NCBI GenBank assembly: GCA_951406725.2
Contig: OX597833.1
Span: 24,986,001-25,050,000 of the forward strand
Source: Octopus vulgaris
Taxonomy: Eukaryota
DNA length: 64,000 nucleotides
Direction of reading: 5' to 3'
The notes beneath the pieces were generated by a model, which did no database searches, was not told the DNA's origin, and saw nothing but the letters and a program-made list of their open reading frames with translations. The translations under genes were made by a program, and so were the position numbers. This document shows positions 1 to 11,869 of this stretch, piece after piece (the stretch's first letter is position 1; each line of letters starts with the position of its first letter).

Positions 1-444
1 AACTAACCTGATTAAATTAAATCAAGCCAATCTTCCATAAGCCCTCAGATTCTTCAGCAAGAAATAGCTCAAGTCGGAACAGATATTTACACGAGGCATA
101 CCCAATCCTGCCAAGGCAATATCTGACCTAAAATTTTCAAATCGTCGCACTCGCGCCAAATTTATCGGCAGCAAATAAATCGTCGATTCCATTACGGAAT
201 TAACCAAAAAATTCATAATTAATCAATATAGGGTGGCAAGGAAAATTTTGTAGAATTTTTTTTGCCACCAGCGGCCCAGTGGGAAAAAATTAAATAGTCA
301 TAGACCATTTTTAAGTTCAACATTAACAATTAAGGAACGGCCATAATAGGCCATTCACCCACTAGAAATAACAGCCAAAGCTTCTACCGCAAATAAAGAT
401 CAATTCCGTAAACAGGAGAAAATTAAAAAAACATTTACCCTGTA

Positions 445-551
445 ATTTCTTGTACGGTATACCGTTTCATCTGCTGTTTAATGGTAAACTAACCTGATTA
501 AATTAAATCAAGCCAATCTTCCATAAGCCCTCAGATTCTTCAGCAAGAAAT
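445..551 (-). ncRNA. Type I hammerhead ribozyme, copy 1 (predicted cut between 453 and 452)
   Basis: Minus strand reads ATTTCTTG-CTGAAGA-ATCTG-[extended hairpin]-CAGAT-GAAA-CGGTATACCG-TA-CAAGAAAT: 8-bp stem I, canonical CUGANGA/GAAA core, 5-bp basal stem II, stem III and GUA triplet. Confidence 0.9.
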
Positions 552-930
552 AGCTCAAGTCGGAACAGATATTTACACGAGGCATACCCAATCCTGCCAA
601 GGCAATATCTGACCTAAAATTTTCAAATCGTCGCACTCGCGCCAAATTTATCGGCAGCAAATAAATCGTCGATTCCATTACGGAATTAACTAAAAAATTC
701 ATAATTAATCAATATAGGGTGGCAAGGAAAATTTTGTAGAATTTTTTTTGCCACCAGCGGCCCAGTGGGAAAAAATTAAATAGTCATAGACCATTTTTAA
801 GTTCAACATTAACAATTAAGGAACGGCCATAATAGGCCATTCACCCACTAGAAATAACAGCCAAAGCTTCTACCGCAAATAAAGATCAATTCCGTAAACA
901 GGAGAAAATTAAAAAAACATTTACCCTGTA

Positions 931-1037
931 ATTTCTTGTACGGTATACCGTTTCATCTGCTGTTTAATGGTAAACTAACCTGATTAAATTAAATCAAGCC
1001 AATCTTCCATAAGCCCTCAGATTCTTCAGCAAGAAAT
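931..1037 (-). ncRNA. Type I hammerhead ribozyme, copy 2
   Basis: Same motif as 445-551, shifted by 486 bp. Confidence 0.9.
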
Positions 1038-1419
1038 AGCTCAAGTCGGAACAGATATTTACACGAGGCATACCCAATCCTGCCAAGGCAATATCTGACC
1101 TAAAATTTTCAAATCGTCGCACTCGCGCCAAATTTATCGGCAGCAAATAAATCGTCGATTCCATTACGGAATTAACCAAAAAATTCATAATTAATCAATA
1201 TAGGGTGGCAAGGAAAATTTTGTAGAATTTTTTTTTTTGCCACCAGCGGCCCAGTGGGAAAAAATTAAATAGTCATAGACCATTTTTAAGTTCAACATTA
1301 ACAATTAAGGAACGGCCATAATAGGCCATTCACCCACTAGAAATAACAGCCAAAGCTTCTACCGCAAATAAAGATCAATTCCGTAAACAGGAGAAAATTA
1401 AAAAAACATTTACCCTGTA

Positions 1420-1526
1420 ATTTCTTGTACGGTATACCGTTTCATCTGCTGTTTAATGGTAAACTAACCTGATTAAATTAAATCAAGCCAATCTTCCATA
1501 AGCCCTCAGATTCTTCAGCAAGAAAT
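1420..1526 (-). ncRNA. Type I hammerhead ribozyme, copy 3
   Basis: Same motif as 445-551. Confidence 0.9.
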
Positions 1527-1903
1527 AGCTCAAGTCGGAACAGATATTTACACGAGGCATACCCAATCCTGCCAAGGCAATATCTGACCTAAAATTTTCA
1601 AATCGTCGCACTCGCGCCAAATTTATCGGCAGCAAATAAATCGTCGATTCCATTACGGAATTAACCAAAAAATTCATAATTAATCAATATAGGGTGGCAA
1701 GGAAAATTTTGTAGAATTTTTTGCCACCAGCGGCCCAGTGGGAAAAAATTAAATAGTCATAGACCATTTTTAAGTTCAACATTAACAATTAAGGAACGGC
1801 CATAATAGGCCATTCACCCACTAGAAATAACAGCCAAAGCTTCTACCGCAAATAAAGATCAATTCCGTAAACAGGAGAAAATTAAAAAAACATTTACCCT
1901 GTA

Positions 1904-2010
1904 ATTTCTTGTACGGTATACCGTTTCATCTGCTGTTTAATGGTAAACTAACCTGATTAAATTAAATCAAGCCAATCTTCCATAAGCCCTCAGATTCTTC
2001 AGCAAGAAAT
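1904..2010 (-). ncRNA. Type I hammerhead ribozyme, copy 4
   Basis: Same motif as 445-551. Confidence 0.9.
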
Positions 2011-2064
2011 AGCTCAAGTCGGAACAGATATTTACACGAGGCATACCCAATCCTTATCTGACCT

Positions 2065-2896
2065 AAAATTTTCCTTGCCACCCTATATTGATTAATTATG
2101 AATTTTTGGTTAATTCAATGGAATCGACGATTTATTTGCTGCCGATAAATTTGGCAGTGCGACGATTTGAAAATTTTAGGTCAGATGCCTTGGCAGGATT
2201 GGGTATGCCTCGTGTAATATCTGTTCCGACTTGAGCTATTTCTTGCTGAAGAATCTGAGGGCTTATGGAAGATTGGCTTGATTTAATTTAATCAGGTTAG
2301 TTTACCATTAAACAGCAGATGAAACGGTATACCGTACAAGAAATTACAGGGTAAATGTTTTTTTAATTTTCTCCTGTTTACGGAATTGATCTTTATTTGC
2401 GGTAGAAGCTTTGGCTGTTATTTCTAGTGGGTGAATGGCCTATTATGGCCGTTCCTTAATTGTTAATGTTGAACTTAAAAATGGTCTATGACTATTTAAT
2501 TTTTTCCCACTGGGCCGCTGGTGGCAAAAAATTCTACAAAATTTTCCTTGCCACCCTATATTGATTAATTATGAATTTTTTGGTTAATTCCGTAATGGAA
2601 TCGACGATTTATTTGCTGCCGATAAATTTGGCGCGAGTGCGACGATTTGAAAATTTTAGGTCAGATATTGCCTTGGCATATATATATATATATATATGGA
2701 AGATTGGCTGGTTAGTTTACCATTAAACAGCAGATGATATACCGTACAAGAATTACAGGGTAAATGTTTTTTTAATTTTCTCCTGTTTACGGAATTGATC
2801 TTTATATATATATATGGCCGTTCCTTAATTGTTAATGTTGAACTTAAAAATGGTCTATGACTATTTAATTTTTTTCCCACTGGGCCGCTGGTGGCA
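2065..2896 (+). repeat. Inverted continuation of the same ~486-bp repeat, degenerating into (TA)n-interrupted pieces after ~2677
   Basis: From ~2065 the sequence is the reverse complement of the unit (e.g. GATTTAATTTAATCAGGTTAGTT at 2280-2302). Small deletions occur near the junction and (TA)n insertions at ~2678 and ~2803. Confidence 0.95.
2238..2344 (+). ncRNA. Type I hammerhead ribozyme, copy 5 (inverted block; predicted cut between 2336 and 2337)
   Basis: ATTTCTTG 2238-45, CTGAAGA 2246-52, ATCTG 2253-57, CAGAT 2316-20, GAAA 2321-24, CGGTATACCG 2325-34, TA 2335-36, CAAGAAAT 2337-44. Confidence 0.9.
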
Positions 2897-3599
2897 TATG
2901 TGTGTGTGTATATATATATATTGTGCTTATATATGTGTGTATATTTATGTATTTATTGTTAACAAAGTATGTCATATTAACTAATTACTTGTTTTGAAAT
3001 GATGACCATGACCATCGAACAGTCTGATCATATGTAATTGTATGTTACATTGGCCATGAAATACATTTTTGACGAGAATTCAATGTGTTTAATTTTAGCA
3101 AATAGTTGTAGCTGCAACATTCTATAATTTTCGTTGTGAGTATGAAGTTAAATCTTAATTCAACAATCCCCAGATTAATAATCTATGGAGATTATCTTGT
3201 TATCAAACAAATCTCTGAATCCTTGTATCGTGTTATATCATCTTAACTGGAGAATTTGGTTCTCGTCTTTCGTGTTTCCGATTCTTTCGTCTTCCCTCTC
3301 GCTCATTTCTTTTCTCACGTATAATTACTTGCAGGTACACTCACACAACTATAAGCTCGTACATTGATATTTGTGCATGCATACAATCATTTGAGCGCAC
3401 ACGCATCCTCAGATTTATGTATCAACATATATAAGAAAAAAAAATTAGACACATCGGCGTATATACACGCACACACATATAAAACAGATACATACCTACA
3501 CAGACACAGACACACACGTGCGCTCGCTTTACTATCTGTGCATGTCATGTGTGTGTGTATAAATGTATTATTTTAAACGTATGGATTCTTGTTCTTGGT

Positions 3600-4360
3600 C
3601 CTTGATTGTTATATTATTTTGGGGAAACTTTTCTGTTGCCTCTTAAACTTCCATGGTCAGTTTGACCTTTTCGTTGTCCTCCCTCTCATTGTCTTTATCA
3701 CAATTTTGGATAAGTGAGCCGTGAATATCTCAACATCTTATGAAACATAACACCATATTGTTTCATACTTTGTCAGTATAATCTTCACAAAGGCTCTAAC
3801 TATCTTTCTTGTTAGGGTGGATATTATCCAACCCGTCTTTATTGTTATTTTCTGGATTTTTCCGCCAGTCTAACTTTTACATGTATAAACGCAAGTCTTT
3901 GAGCCGGTGCAGCAATTGGTGGTTGTGCTTCTGCTTTTTCGTTCTCAACTTCTTAGTCATTGACATCCTGTTCAGCTTCCTGTTCATTGGTTCCCGGGAT
4001 CGAGGACTAGGGACACCTGAATCTGTAGCCTTATGTATAACAAACAGAATTCCTGCCCAATGCCACCAGTATGGCGGCCTTTGTTGCTGAACCTACGATG
4101 AGGCATATATTCAATTTTATTTATCTCAATGCACAAACTCCACCAGTATTGTGCCACAAATGTGTGACAACGAGACTGGGAGCAACTACGTGCCGCTCTT
4201 CCTGAATGTGACTCTGTTACTCTACCGAATTTTATGATTGTAATGTGCATTAACTTGTCCAGTGGTTTCAATTCTACCACAATTTTAATGACCAGACACG
4301 TATTCACACATGCCTAACTTCATCAATAAAAGAGACACTCTATTAGTGTCCCCTTAAACA
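3600..4360 (-). mobile_element. Possible highly decayed LTR-retrotransposon 5' region (gag-like)
   Basis: Non-microsatellite, higher-GC block. The minus strand has a TGGTGGCA PBS-like motif (~4061-4068) and a broken C-x-C...H...C knuckle-like stretch (~3700-3755). Many stops; weak. Confidence 0.25.
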
Positions 4361-5056
4361 GTTCTATTAATGACAGCAGGACATATCTTTGTGCGAGAAG
4401 CAAAGGTACGTTATCTTCTTTCTTGTTATTTTTTTTAGAAATGTAAGGACACGTTTGTTTTGTGACAAACCAACACAGCGTTGTTGAATTACCATCGACA
4501 ACTTAGTATCTATCTGTTGTCTTTGGCAACTATTACGAGCAAAAGTAACACTGCAAACACTTTTGTTTCCGTTATGTTAATTAATGTTTTCCCTTATTAT
4601 ACTTGTATTATTTTTTCCTATTTGACAAAGCACACACGCGCGCGCGCGCAATAACTATTAGTTTCTAATTTTCAGTGCTCAGAGTCAGTCGTTTTCAAAC
4701 ATCGAAAGGAAAGTGAGTTCGCTTTTCTTTTGAAATATTGAAATATTCAGTTTGTATGTTTTTGAAATATGAAAGTGTGAAGAAAACTCTTATCTTTATG
4801 TTTTTGTCTTTTAGTTAAAAATCATTGTGAATAACACGTAGAAAACGACTGCTTCAAGCACACTTTTTTGACTTTATTTTTGGTTTTCGTAGTAATGTTA
4901 CAAACTCCATACGAGCGAAGTCATGAAATTGCTTTGTTGTTTAAACAATGTTTTAAAGTAACATTTCTAAGTAATACTTTTAATTAATGTTTTTAAAAGC
5001 AAGAAGTGTGTGCGGTTCTGTATTTAAGAGATGAGAAATTATGTACATTATTTATA

Positions 5057-5402
<346 letters not shown>

Positions 5403-7040
5403 CGTAAGAAGTGTGTATGCGGATGTTCATTTTGCATGTACCCGTGACGCCGCATATTTATACACGTAAGAATACTCATACAGACACAAATATCCACAAA
5501 TAGGCACGCGTCCATGTACACATTAGCATATGTACACATACGCAAACATAGACATCTACGTACACATATTAAAACATATATCAATAAAACATATTTCGAA
5601 AGCAAGGATGGTTGTATTTACAAAAAGAAACTCAGTCGCGTGTATACAAGGCGCTAAGCGCTCAGTTCTCTTGTACAATCTGCTACTGCTTTGAGTCAAA
5701 ATTCAAACTTTTTTTGTTCAAGCAAAGGTCACGCAGCACCTTTGATTTGAAGCTCCCCTTCCTGTATGGTTGGGCAATATCTACAACATAGCGGGTAGAG
5801 CAGGTAATTTTGATTTCCCGTAGACTTGTCTCACATAAAACAACATAAAAAAATAGCCAAAGAGTTAATATTTCAAACGAAAAAGCAGGCTCGGTTTATC
5901 AACTATTGATCGGAAACTAGTAACTCTGAGCACTGGAAACTGGATCCTTTCATTTACAATGTATAAAGAATACTCTGCTTTTGTTTCGAGCCGTATAATT
6001 TATCGCTTCTAGTATATTCATCCATACATATCTTAGTGTGTATGTGTGTGTGTAATAATATGCCAAGGGAACGCGTGTCTATGAAGTGTTCAGCGTTTTG
6101 CACGTTAATTTAACGTGAAGGCTGTTCTGTCAATTGGATCAATAGTAGCACTGGTCATCATAACTGACGGCGGAGTTCCATGATGAGAAAAAGAATATAC
6201 ACATATTTTTTCCATTGAATTTCCATTTCAAATACTTTTCGTAGAACACTTTGTGTTTAATTCAAAGTACATTTGCCTGAGGGCACTTTTCACCACTCGA
6301 AAAGGTGAGGCGACATAGAAATTAAATGTAAACACTAAAAATTAATTATGTGTCTAAAATATATATATATTTTTTTATTAACTCTATTAGTATGATTTTT
6401 CAATATTACACTAAGTAATATATAGTTTATTTCAAATCACTTCTTTTAGTTCAATTTCGTATGCGGGAAACATTATAATTAAAGACCAGAGCTAATGTCT
6501 AGACTAAAGCACTTCCTAACTTGGTGAATATCAATCTTATCCGTCACTTCTGCGGTTATTTCCTTGTTGCCTTCTTTATTTTATGTATAGATTGCATTTC
6601 TTAAATTCCACTTCTTTTTTTCTTTGCTAACGTACTTTGTTTTTCCTTCTTTCTCACATTCAATCTAAGCTATTTATTCACCCTCACACAGATATCAATT
6701 ACTGGTAGTGAGAAGACCAATTTACGATGGAAACGGGTGAATGAGTCTAAGAAACCAGTCGTTAATAGAGGAACAAAGTGAGCTCTACTTCCTGAAGTAT
6801 TGTGAGAAGCGTTATACTTATGGCTAGAACCGTAATTCGCATACACACACAGTTTTGTGTGTGTACATGTTAATATAGACACACATAAACACACGTATGT
6901 ATGCACACGCTTTCGTCCATATGTATGGTTCCTTAATTTAAAAAAACAATTAATAATGCGTGTACACAAATATATGTACGTATATATGTATGTATATATG
7001 TATACATGCATATATATGTGTATATATACATACATATATA

Positions 7041-7048
7041 CGTATCTA

Positions 7049-7092
<44 letters not shown>

Positions 7093-7100
7093 TTTATCTA

Positions 7101-7148
<48 letters not shown>

Positions 7149-7162
7149 TCTATCTGTCTGTC

Positions 7163-7197
<35 letters not shown>

Positions 7198-7226
7198 TTC
7201 TTTCTATCTATCTATCTATCTATCTA

Positions 7227-7313
<87 letters not shown>
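7041..7313. repeat. Compound (CTAT)n/(CTGT)n microsatellite
   Basis: Direct reading. Confidence 0.95.
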
Positions 7314-7314
<1 letters not shown>

Positions 7315-7340
7315 CATCTTTTTATCTGCTTATGTATGTA

Positions 7341-8358
7341 TACCAATATTCAATTTATATCAAGATTTCTTGCCAATATAGAAAGAACCGGTTTCTTAAC
7401 TAGATCCAAGGCTCCTTCATTGGAATTTGAACATCAACAACATTGTATTTTTGTTTGTTTGTTTGTATGTATGTATGTATGTATATATGTATGTATGCAT
7501 GCATGTATGTATTTATGTATATTTGTATGTATGTATGTATGTATGTATGTATGTATGTATGTATGTATGTATGTATGTATGTATGTATGTGCAGATTTGT
7601 ATGTTTTATATATGCATTGTCATGCATATAGGTACACATCTAGATGTGCTCTTATATATCTAAATAATAAACTTCTGGAAAGTTTTAAAGATTTTTCAGT
7701 TCCAGTGATAGATTGTATCTGTAGTCTTCGAATTAGCGTCCTCCTTTCTGGTTTTGAGAAAACTAATTTCTCAAGAATGGTATTCAGGCAGTGTGTTACA
7801 TATCCCAGGGTCCCAATAATTACAGGTATAAACCTGAACTTGTAATCTGGATAAAGTAACTGCAGATTTCTCAATAGTTCGGCATAGGTGTTCTCTTTTT
7901 CACTGTTCTTCAGCTTTATGTTAACATCCACTGGGCAGCTAATTTCCACAACTGTGCACAGTTTCTCTTCTCTATCCCAAATCATTATATCAGGTCTGTC
8001 GTGCTTACATTTTATTGAGGTCTTCATTGGTATATTCCATCGGTATTCCTTTTCATTATGAGTATCTATGGCTTCTACCATATTGTGGGTTTTTATTTCT
8101 TCGTCTTCGGGATTATTCTTCCGACATATTTCATTATAGAGTATCCTAGCTACAAAGTTATGTTTCATCGGTAGATAATACCGTGATGACATTTTTGGAC
8201 AACTGCTTATGAAGAGGGTGATATCTTCAGTATGAAGCCCACAAAGTCTTCATCGGTTGTCACACTTTACAGATTTTCCCGCATCTCTATCCTTTTTGTG
8301 CATCAGGTACTTGGTTGATATTTTCCGTTCCTTGATTGCAAACGCATACTCTTCAAGG
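7341..8358 (-). mobile_element. 5'-truncated R4/Dong-like non-LTR retrotransposon (CCHC knuckle + REL endonuclease), flanked and interrupted by (CATA)n
   Basis: ORF 7620-8192 contains RPDIMIWD...VVEISCPVDVN..K..EK..Y..L..PVIIGTLG (PD-(D/E)xK REL motif). The zinc-knuckle region lies upstream at 8190-8270. Confidence 0.85.
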
Positions 8359-8588
8359 TGTATGTATGTATGTATGTATGTATGTATGTATGTATGTATG
8401 TATGTATGTATGTATGTATGTATGCATGTATGCATATAATTATTACTATTATATTTTTCTTGCAGTGAATGTTTCAAAACCAAATGCATACGTTTTTACC
8501 TTTTGATGGTTCCGGGAAGAACAATTTCAACAAAGAGAGTAATTCAGCTTATGAAGGAAAACATCTTGGTTCCTTAATTTAAAAAACA

Positions 8589-8634
<46 letters not shown>

Positions 8635-8699
8635 CTGATGTTACTACTGATGATGATAATGATAATAATGATGATAATGAGATCATGTACTTGTGGTAC

Positions 8700-9020
8700 A
8701 TTATAAAAAAAATGTCTGTTTTTCGAAGAAACTTTCTATGAGAAGGAAAAAAATAAGATGTCCTCTTAGTAGGTGAGCCACTGAGTGTAAAGCGAATATC
8801 CTCCAACTCCTATGGATTAATTTTAATGCTAAGGGTATATGACTTCTTCCTGATGTGTTCTCGAGTCTAGGTTCGCAATCAGGCATTCAACTTATAGTCA
8901 ACTGTCTCATCTACAGCTAAAAACATACGCAAATGCTTTAGATTAAAAGCTTTATATTTTCCCAAAAAGTTAATGGACCTTTTGAAATCAAATTTGTTAT
9001 AAGGCATCGGGATACCACTT
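8700..9020 (-). mobile_element. Very decayed R4/Dong-like fragment (zinc-knuckle region)
   Basis: LRMFLAVDETVDYKLNA resembles CRxC....ETVDHL..GC of the better-preserved copies in this window. Confidence 0.3.
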
Positions 9021-9059
9021 CCAAGCGGGGGAAAAAAAGAAAAAGAAAAAAAATTAAAC

Positions 9060-9153
<94 letters not shown>

Positions 9154-9244
9154 CATATGCAACAAAAAAAAAGAAAGAAATTTTGATGATTTTCTAAGAA
9201 CGTTAAGATTCTTGAATCTTACTAACGACTGGATTTTACTGAAG

Positions 9245-9305
9245 ATGGCATCGGTGAAAACTCATTGTGGCTTTTGCGGTAAGAAGAAAGGAGTTCTTCC
9301 TGCAA
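9245..9305 (+). CDS. Candidate first coding exon (MASVKTHCGFCGKKKGVLPA, phase 1)
   Basis: AAGATGG Kozak-like start and A|GTAAGT consensus donor at 9305/9306. No matching downstream exon identified. Confidence 0.25.
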
Positions 9306-9949
9306 GTAAGTACCTTTTGTTGGATGTTTTCTGTTTGTTTAGTGTTTTAATATTTCTTTTATATTGTGAGATAGGAAAATTGGAAGGGTACCGGAGAAGA
9401 TGTTTTGTGATTTGTATTTAAGTTCTGTTCAGTTCTAGGTTAAAGTTCCTACAGTTTGTATCGATGCATCCATTTCCAATGAGGAATTGGGGTCGATTCG
9501 CTAACCTGAACTCTACCCTTAAGTATTTGGCTTGTATCACTGTCAGAAATCATTACTTGCTTCTGTTTTGAGTTAAAATCTTCCTGAGATCAACTTCACC
9601 TTTCATATTTATGGGAACAGCAAATCAACTAACTGGCAGCTAGCACTTGGGTACTTGGGAGTATGTTTGATAGACAATCACCAGGTTTCATATATGTAAT
9701 ATAATTAATTTAAAAACTTCGATCAAGTCAGACTATCTAAGTAATTAGTGGAGAACAACCCATTCTAGTTTAATTTAAATTATAAAACAAAAATAAAAAC
9801 AAAAATTACAGTCAAGTATACAGATAACTCCAATAATAGTCGAACATTTTGGACAATACAGGCGATGCAAATTTAAATGGAACTGGTTTTAAAGCCATCC
9901 GTTAAAATCAAGCACGCTAACCGTAAACATCGCATCATTTCTTATATGC

Positions 9950-10156
9950 AGAGAATCAGGTCTACATTATCAATCATGTGTTTTCGTAAGGCAGTTGAGG
10001 GAATGTGGCAGTAGGTCCAACGAAATATTAAATGTTGCCAAACCCTTGAAGAAATGCATTGTGTAGAACATGATGTATGGAGTGCTCGCGTGAAATCCTC
10101 TGAAGCGTCAGGGAAGACGGCCAAACTACAAAACTAAACTAAAACTTAACTAACTA
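9950..10156 (+). mobile_element. Decayed RTE-clade LINE 3' end with (AACTA)-like tail
   Basis: VEG...NIK..LEEM...W.ARV pattern typical of the RTE C-terminus, followed by AAACTAAACTAAAACTTAACTAACTA. Confidence 0.35.
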
Positions 10157-10410
10157 CCAGTAAAACCCTTTATTTCTCTAATCCTCAATGTATCTCTTCT
10201 TCCAAATTTCACACAGAAAAGCACTTACTCCTAATATTTTCCCCATCGAGACTTCAACTCTGTGAATTTCTTTCATTGCCTGTACATTTTAGGCAAACAT
10301 TAACCAACCAATTTTCTGGTTGAACACCAAATATAAAATGACTTCAATCTGGAAACTCATGCAAATATTGTCATAGACACAACCCTTTCTGGTTTGGCTA
10401 ACTTATAAAT

Positions 10411-10700
10411 GAAAGAGAGAGAGAGGGGGGGTAAGATATAAAGATGAAGAGGTAGAGGTAAATAGCGTGTAAAGAGAGACATGGGGGGAGAGAAAAGGAT
10501 TGTTATGGATAGAGTGGGATAGAGTGAGGCAGAGAAGGAGAGAGATAGGGGGAAAGAGGGGAAGAAAGGGGTAGAGAAGGTGGGGAGGTAGTGAGAATGA
10601 CAGACAGGGACAGAAATAGAAAGATAGATAGTGAGAGAGAGGGAGGAAGAGAGATGGATAGAGAGGGAGACAGGTAGAGAGAAAGAGGGAAAGATAGTAG
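10411..10700. repeat. Degenerate GA-rich polypurine tract
   Basis: Direct reading. Confidence 0.85.
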
Positions 10701-11128
10701 AAATACTGCATTTTTGTACAAATAAGAAAGAATCGCTGCGCATGATATAAAGCATTGGCCGGGAGACATGGGAAGAGACTGAAAAACAGCAAAGGTAGTG
10801 AGATGCATGTAACAGGAGAAAGAAAAGAAAACGAATAACGGAAGAAAAAAGAAATTGCAAGACGATCAAAGCATGAGCTATTGCACTGAAGAAAGAAAAG
10901 GAGTGAACGGGCGAGATTTAAAACCGTACATGCTAGGGAAACGAAAGGTAGAAAAAATACACACAGACATACATGCGTATGTATGTATGTATGTATGTAT
11001 GTATGTATGTATGTATGTATGTATGTATGTATGTATGTATGTATGTATGTATTATATATATATATATAAATATATATATATGTATGTATATATGTCTATA
11101 TCTATATCTATCTATCTATCTATCTATC

Positions 11129-11169
<41 letters not shown>

Positions 11170-11461
11170 CTTAGGATGTACGTAGTTACACACGCACAAC
11201 ACACAAAATACCTAAACAGAAGATGATACTCGCCAAATGTGTAGCGCGGTAGAATCGAACCCAAACAACCAGCTTTCGAAGCAATGTTCGCAAACAGTAC
11301 GGCGATGGTAGGTTCATGATAGGAACCGTAGTTACTGTTATAAAAACAATCATTAAAACACTGAAATCATTCTATAATTACACTACAAAATAGCAAATCC
11401 TATTGCTATTCCACCTTTATAAATCTTCTTATTTATAATTTTATGCATAATTTACAAAAAT

Positions 11462-11652
11462 TGATTTAAAATTTTGGCACAAGGCCAGTAATTTCGGGGG
11501 AAGGGGTAAGTCGACTAGGTCGACCCCTAATGTTCAACTGGTACATATTTTATTGACCCCGAAAGAATGAAAGGCAAAGTCGAGGTCGGCGGAATTTGAA
11601 TTAGAAAACTTAACGGTAGCCGAAATGCCGCTAAGCATTTTCTCCGGCGTAA
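11462..11652 (-). mobile_element. tRNA-derived SINE family A (Nin/Deu-like central domain)
   Basis: Homologous to the TSD-bounded copy at 21090-21297; GCCTTTCATTCTTTCGGGGTC core. Confidence 0.75.
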
Positions 11653-11787
11653 CATAGTGACATTATGTCGAAGATTTTAGATTACGGAACAAGTTTGTTT
11701 GAAGTGTGTAACGCACAAACACGTTTCGTATGAAGTACAATAATATAGACGGGGCAGCTGCCGCCGCCGCTGCTGCTGCTGCTGCTG

Positions 11788-11869
<82 letters not shown>

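Larger units (their letters stand above)
1..2073 (-). repeat. Tandem array of a ~486-bp unit (4.3 copies visible, open at window start) carrying a hammerhead ribozyme; retrozyme-like satellite
   Basis: AACTAACCTGATTAAATT recurs at 1, 487, 973, 1462, 1946 (periods 486, 486, 489, 484). By eye the full units differ only in a T-run length and one substitution (C205 vs T691). Confidence 0.97.

Noticed and set aside
1-2073. CRISPR array, 5S/tRNA gene array, or a hammerhead on the opposite polarity of the satellite
   Set aside because: Units are identical with no unique spacers, no 5S or tRNA similarity was recognised, and the opposite-strand CTGA sites (CTGATTA, CTGACCT) lack the CUGANGA core.
6670-7845. 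Long ORFs such as 7006-7845 and the many YI/CMYV/poly-I/poly-N ORFs across the window
   Set aside because: Translations of stop-free microsatellites.
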